DNA of 56,646 nucleotides from an uncultured bacterium (GTDB lineage Bacteria; Omnitrophota; Omnitrophia; Omnitrophales; Aquincolibacteriaceae): NCBI GenBank assembly GCA_964581425.1, contig CAZOOM010000003.1, positions 1 to 56,646 of the forward strand, read 5' to 3'. Shown piece by piece: positions 54,860 to 56,646 of this stretch (position 1 is its first letter; each line of letters starts with the position of its first letter). The notes under the pieces were generated by a model. It saw only the letters and a program-made list of their open reading frames with translations, ran no database searches and was not told where the DNA came from. The position numbers and the translations under genes were made by a program.

Positions 54860-55895
54860 GTTGACGGTGGTAACTCCGCCTTCTAAAATAGCCTTCAATT
54901 ATGGCCCGTCCGTTACGAATCGAATATCCTGAAGCATGGTATCACGTGATGAATCGCGGCTGGGAGCGCGATGAAATCTTTCGTGATAAGCGGGATTACC
55001 TTGCTTTTTTTGACCTTCTCGGTAAATGTTTTAGCCTCTTCGAGCTTGAAATTCATGCCTATTCCCTGATGCCGAATCATTATCATTTGCTTGTCCATAC
55101 GCCGCGCGGAAATCTATCGAGGGCGATGCGGCATCTCGATGGTGTGTATACACAGAGCTATAATCGCTGTTACAAATCCGATGGGCCTGTATTCCGGGGA
55201 AGATATAAGGCGATTTTGATCCATGATGACGCCTATGTCATGGAGGCAGTGAGGTATATTCATTGTAATCCCTGGAAGGCTGGGCTGGAGAGAAAAATAG
55301 GTGCCCATCCATGGACCAGTCACGGGGCGTATATGGGTAAGGGTGAGCCGCCGGATTGGCTGCAAAGGGATTTTATTCTTCGATATTTTGGCAAGCATGA
55401 GAGAGAGGCAAGGATGCGGTTGGAGGCATTCGTGAGACAGGGGCCGCCTGATGCTCTTATGGAGCGCCTGTCTGGAATTAACTGGCCCGCGATGATTGGC
55501 CCTGAGAGTTTTAAGGAATGGGTGAAGGAAAGATTTCTTGGAAAGAGGCTGAATGCAAAAGGGATTCCTGCACTGCGGCAGGTGTTGCTGGAGACCAAGA
55601 TTTCTCAGGTGATATCCATTGCCAGGCAAAAATGGGGCCTTAAGGAGGCAGATTTCAAAAAAGTAAGAAGGGGACATGAAAATCCTGAGAGGCGAGCTTT
55701 AATTTATGCGTGTCGGCAGTATTTGAAAGCGACGAATAAGGAGATCGGCCAAGAGTTTGGCGGGATTTCGCATGCGGCGATTTCAATGCAGTATCGCCTC
55801 GCGGAAGGTGAGATAGCTGCCCGCAAGGGATGTTATCGATTAGTTCAAGATCTGGAGAAAGCTCTCAACTTACAAATGAAGTCTTGACCCCTTTT
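54834..55895 (+). mobile_element. Compact 1.06-kb element: HUH/Y1 transposase gene bounded by 32-bp inverted repeats
   Basis: The reverse complement of the left repeat 54834-54865 (AAAAGGGGTCAAGACTTCAATTGTAAGTTGAC) matches the right repeat 55864-55895 at 30 of 32 positions. Each arm can itself fold as GTCA..ACTT-loop-AAGT-TGAC. Confidence 0.7.
54901..55887 (+). CDS. IS200/RAYT-like HUH (Y1) transposase fused to a DnaA-C-terminal-like HTH domain
   Basis: The HUH motif is NHYHLL (H60/H62) and the catalytic-Tyr motif is RYIHCNPWKAGL (Y119). The C-terminal RRALIYACRQYLKATNKEIGQEFGGISHAAIS resembles DnaA domain IV. Confidence 0.8.
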   Translation: MARPLRIEYPEAWYHVMNRGWERDEIFRDKRDYLAFFDLLGKCFSLFELEIHAYSLMPNHYHLLVHTPRGNLSRAMRHLDGVYTQSYNRCYKSDGPVFRGRYKAILIHDDAYVMEAVRYIHCNPWKAGLERKIGAHPWTSHGAYMGKGEPPDWLQRDFILRYFGKHEREARMRLEAFVRQGPPDALMERLSGINWPAMIGPESFKEWVKERFLGKRLNAKGIPALRQVLLETKISQVISIARQKWGLKEADFKKVRRGHENPERRALIYACRQYLKATNKEIGQEFGGISHAAISMQYRLAEGEIAARKGCYRLVQDLEKALNLQMKS

Positions 55896-56101
55896 CTTTA
55901 GAATTCATGAAATTAGATTTCAAACCAAGGATCAAAACGGATATTTGCATTATGGTGTCATGAAACTTAATTATGGCACTTTTGCGGATGAAAGTGGCCA
56001 TTACCACAGCAGTGTTAAAGCGGCGGGATATGAGTTATATCAATCGAATTTGCCAGATGATCTTGAGTATCCGCCGCAGTGGAAACTAGAGGAGAAAAAG
56101 C

Positions 56102-56557
56102 ATGCTCCATAGATTTAGTGCGCAATCTAGATGGATTTTATTTTGTTCAGGGGTGTTTTTTGTGATTTTTTTGATTTCTGGCTGTCATAGTAAACCTATT
56201 ATTGTTTACAGTTATGCTTCACCCGAACAAGCACTGGAGTCTATGTTTAAAGCTGTAGAGAATAAAAATGCAGAAGCATTTTTAATGTCAGTTACAGATG
56301 ATTATTTGAAGCAGGCGTGGCAGACATCAGACCGCCAAATAGTTAAAAGAATGATCGATCGGGCATTTCAAAAAGCCGCCTTACCACCTAGATCTGCGAC
56401 TGAATACCAAATAACCAACAAAGTGAAAGTTGATGAACTGATGAGGGTAGAATATAAGGTAAAAAGCTCACATTTAAATGCTACATATTCATATCTTCTT
56501 AAGCAAATTGATGGGGAATGGAAAATCCATAAGCGGGAAAGCTTACCGCAAAAATAG
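56102..56557 (+). CDS. Lipoprotein with NTF2/DUF4878-like fold
   Basis: The lipobox is LISGC. The ...YLLKQIDGEWKI ending is typical of small NTF2-like lipoproteins. Confidence 0.55.
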   Translation: MLHRFSAQSRWILFCSGVFFVIFLISGCHSKPIIVYSYASPEQALESMFKAVENKNAEAFLMSVTDDYLKQAWQTSDRQIVKRMIDRAFQKAALPPRSATEYQITNKVKVDELMRVEYKVKSSHLNATYSYLLKQIDGEWKIHKRESLPQK

Positions 56558-56646
56558 TTTTTCCTCTAGGAAGACCGTGCCAGGTTACTAGCTCACTAAT
56601 TCGGTAACTTTTTGAAGTTTATCGAAGGGGGTTTCATAATTTAAGC

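Noticed and set aside
55114-55677. A 187-aa minus-strand ORF, plus 55320..55598, inside the HUH transposase gene.
   Set aside because: The plus-strand frame carries the HUH, Y and HTH motifs. The antisense ORFs have no features.
55960-56112. A 50-aa ORF (MKLNYGTFADESGHYHSS...) between the mobile element and the last lipoprotein gene.
   Set aside because: It is short, has no RBS or motif, and overlaps the next gene's start by 11 nt. It may be a fragment of a disrupted gene, but nothing supports it.
1-56646. A search by eye for rRNA, tRNA, tmRNA, CRISPR arrays and long tandem repeats.
   Set aside because: All sizeable non-coding gaps (9821-9982, 19251-19554, 29314-29473, 39475-39732, 41162-41426, 41901-42620, 54631-54706, 55896-56101) were read. 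None shows cloverleaf-compatible arms, regularly spaced direct repeats or rRNA-like sequence. A tRNAscan/Infernal run would be needed to be definitive.

Overview
The window comes from a moderately AT-rich diderm bacterium. My guess at lineage is an uncultivated group such as Omnitrophota or a PVC-like group, based only on the gene content, the giant gene and the intergenic hairpin repeats. The first ~41 kb is core metabolism and housekeeping. It holds a colinear argC-argJ-argB-argD-argF-argG-argH-lysA operon (+), a FecR-domain protein and leuC-leuD (-), two secreted proteins, hflX, an RluA-family synthase and an EVE-domain gene (+). It continues with a large glycoside-hydrolase-like gene (-), a PilZ gene, dapF-dapA-dapB, a three-gene outer-membrane cluster with a 1,567-aa barrel protein, uvrA, an FtsH paralogue, hrcA-grpE-dnaJ, vanZ, a 4HBT thioesterase, gpsA, hup and bcp. 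The last ~15 kb looks accessory. A 720-bp non-coding AT-rich region precedes a 10.6-kb gene for a 3,523-aa membrane-anchored YD-repeat protein. That protein has a Cys-less C39-like domain, a TM/glycine-rich segment and a distinct C-terminal module. Two small ORFs follow it with ATGA stop/start overlaps: an immunity-like protein and a 2-TM peptide. Beyond them lie AT-rich orphan genes, an IS3 orfA stub and a compact HUH/Y1 transposase element bounded by 32-bp inverted repeats. The giant gene with its trailing cassette is the best candidate for an undescribed polymorphic-toxin-like system. A second notable point is an in-frame TGA in dapA, after which a conserved C-terminus continues in frame and ends in an ATGA overlap with dapB. 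I found no rRNA, tRNA or CRISPR array. All homology calls come from motif recognition by eye, not from searches.
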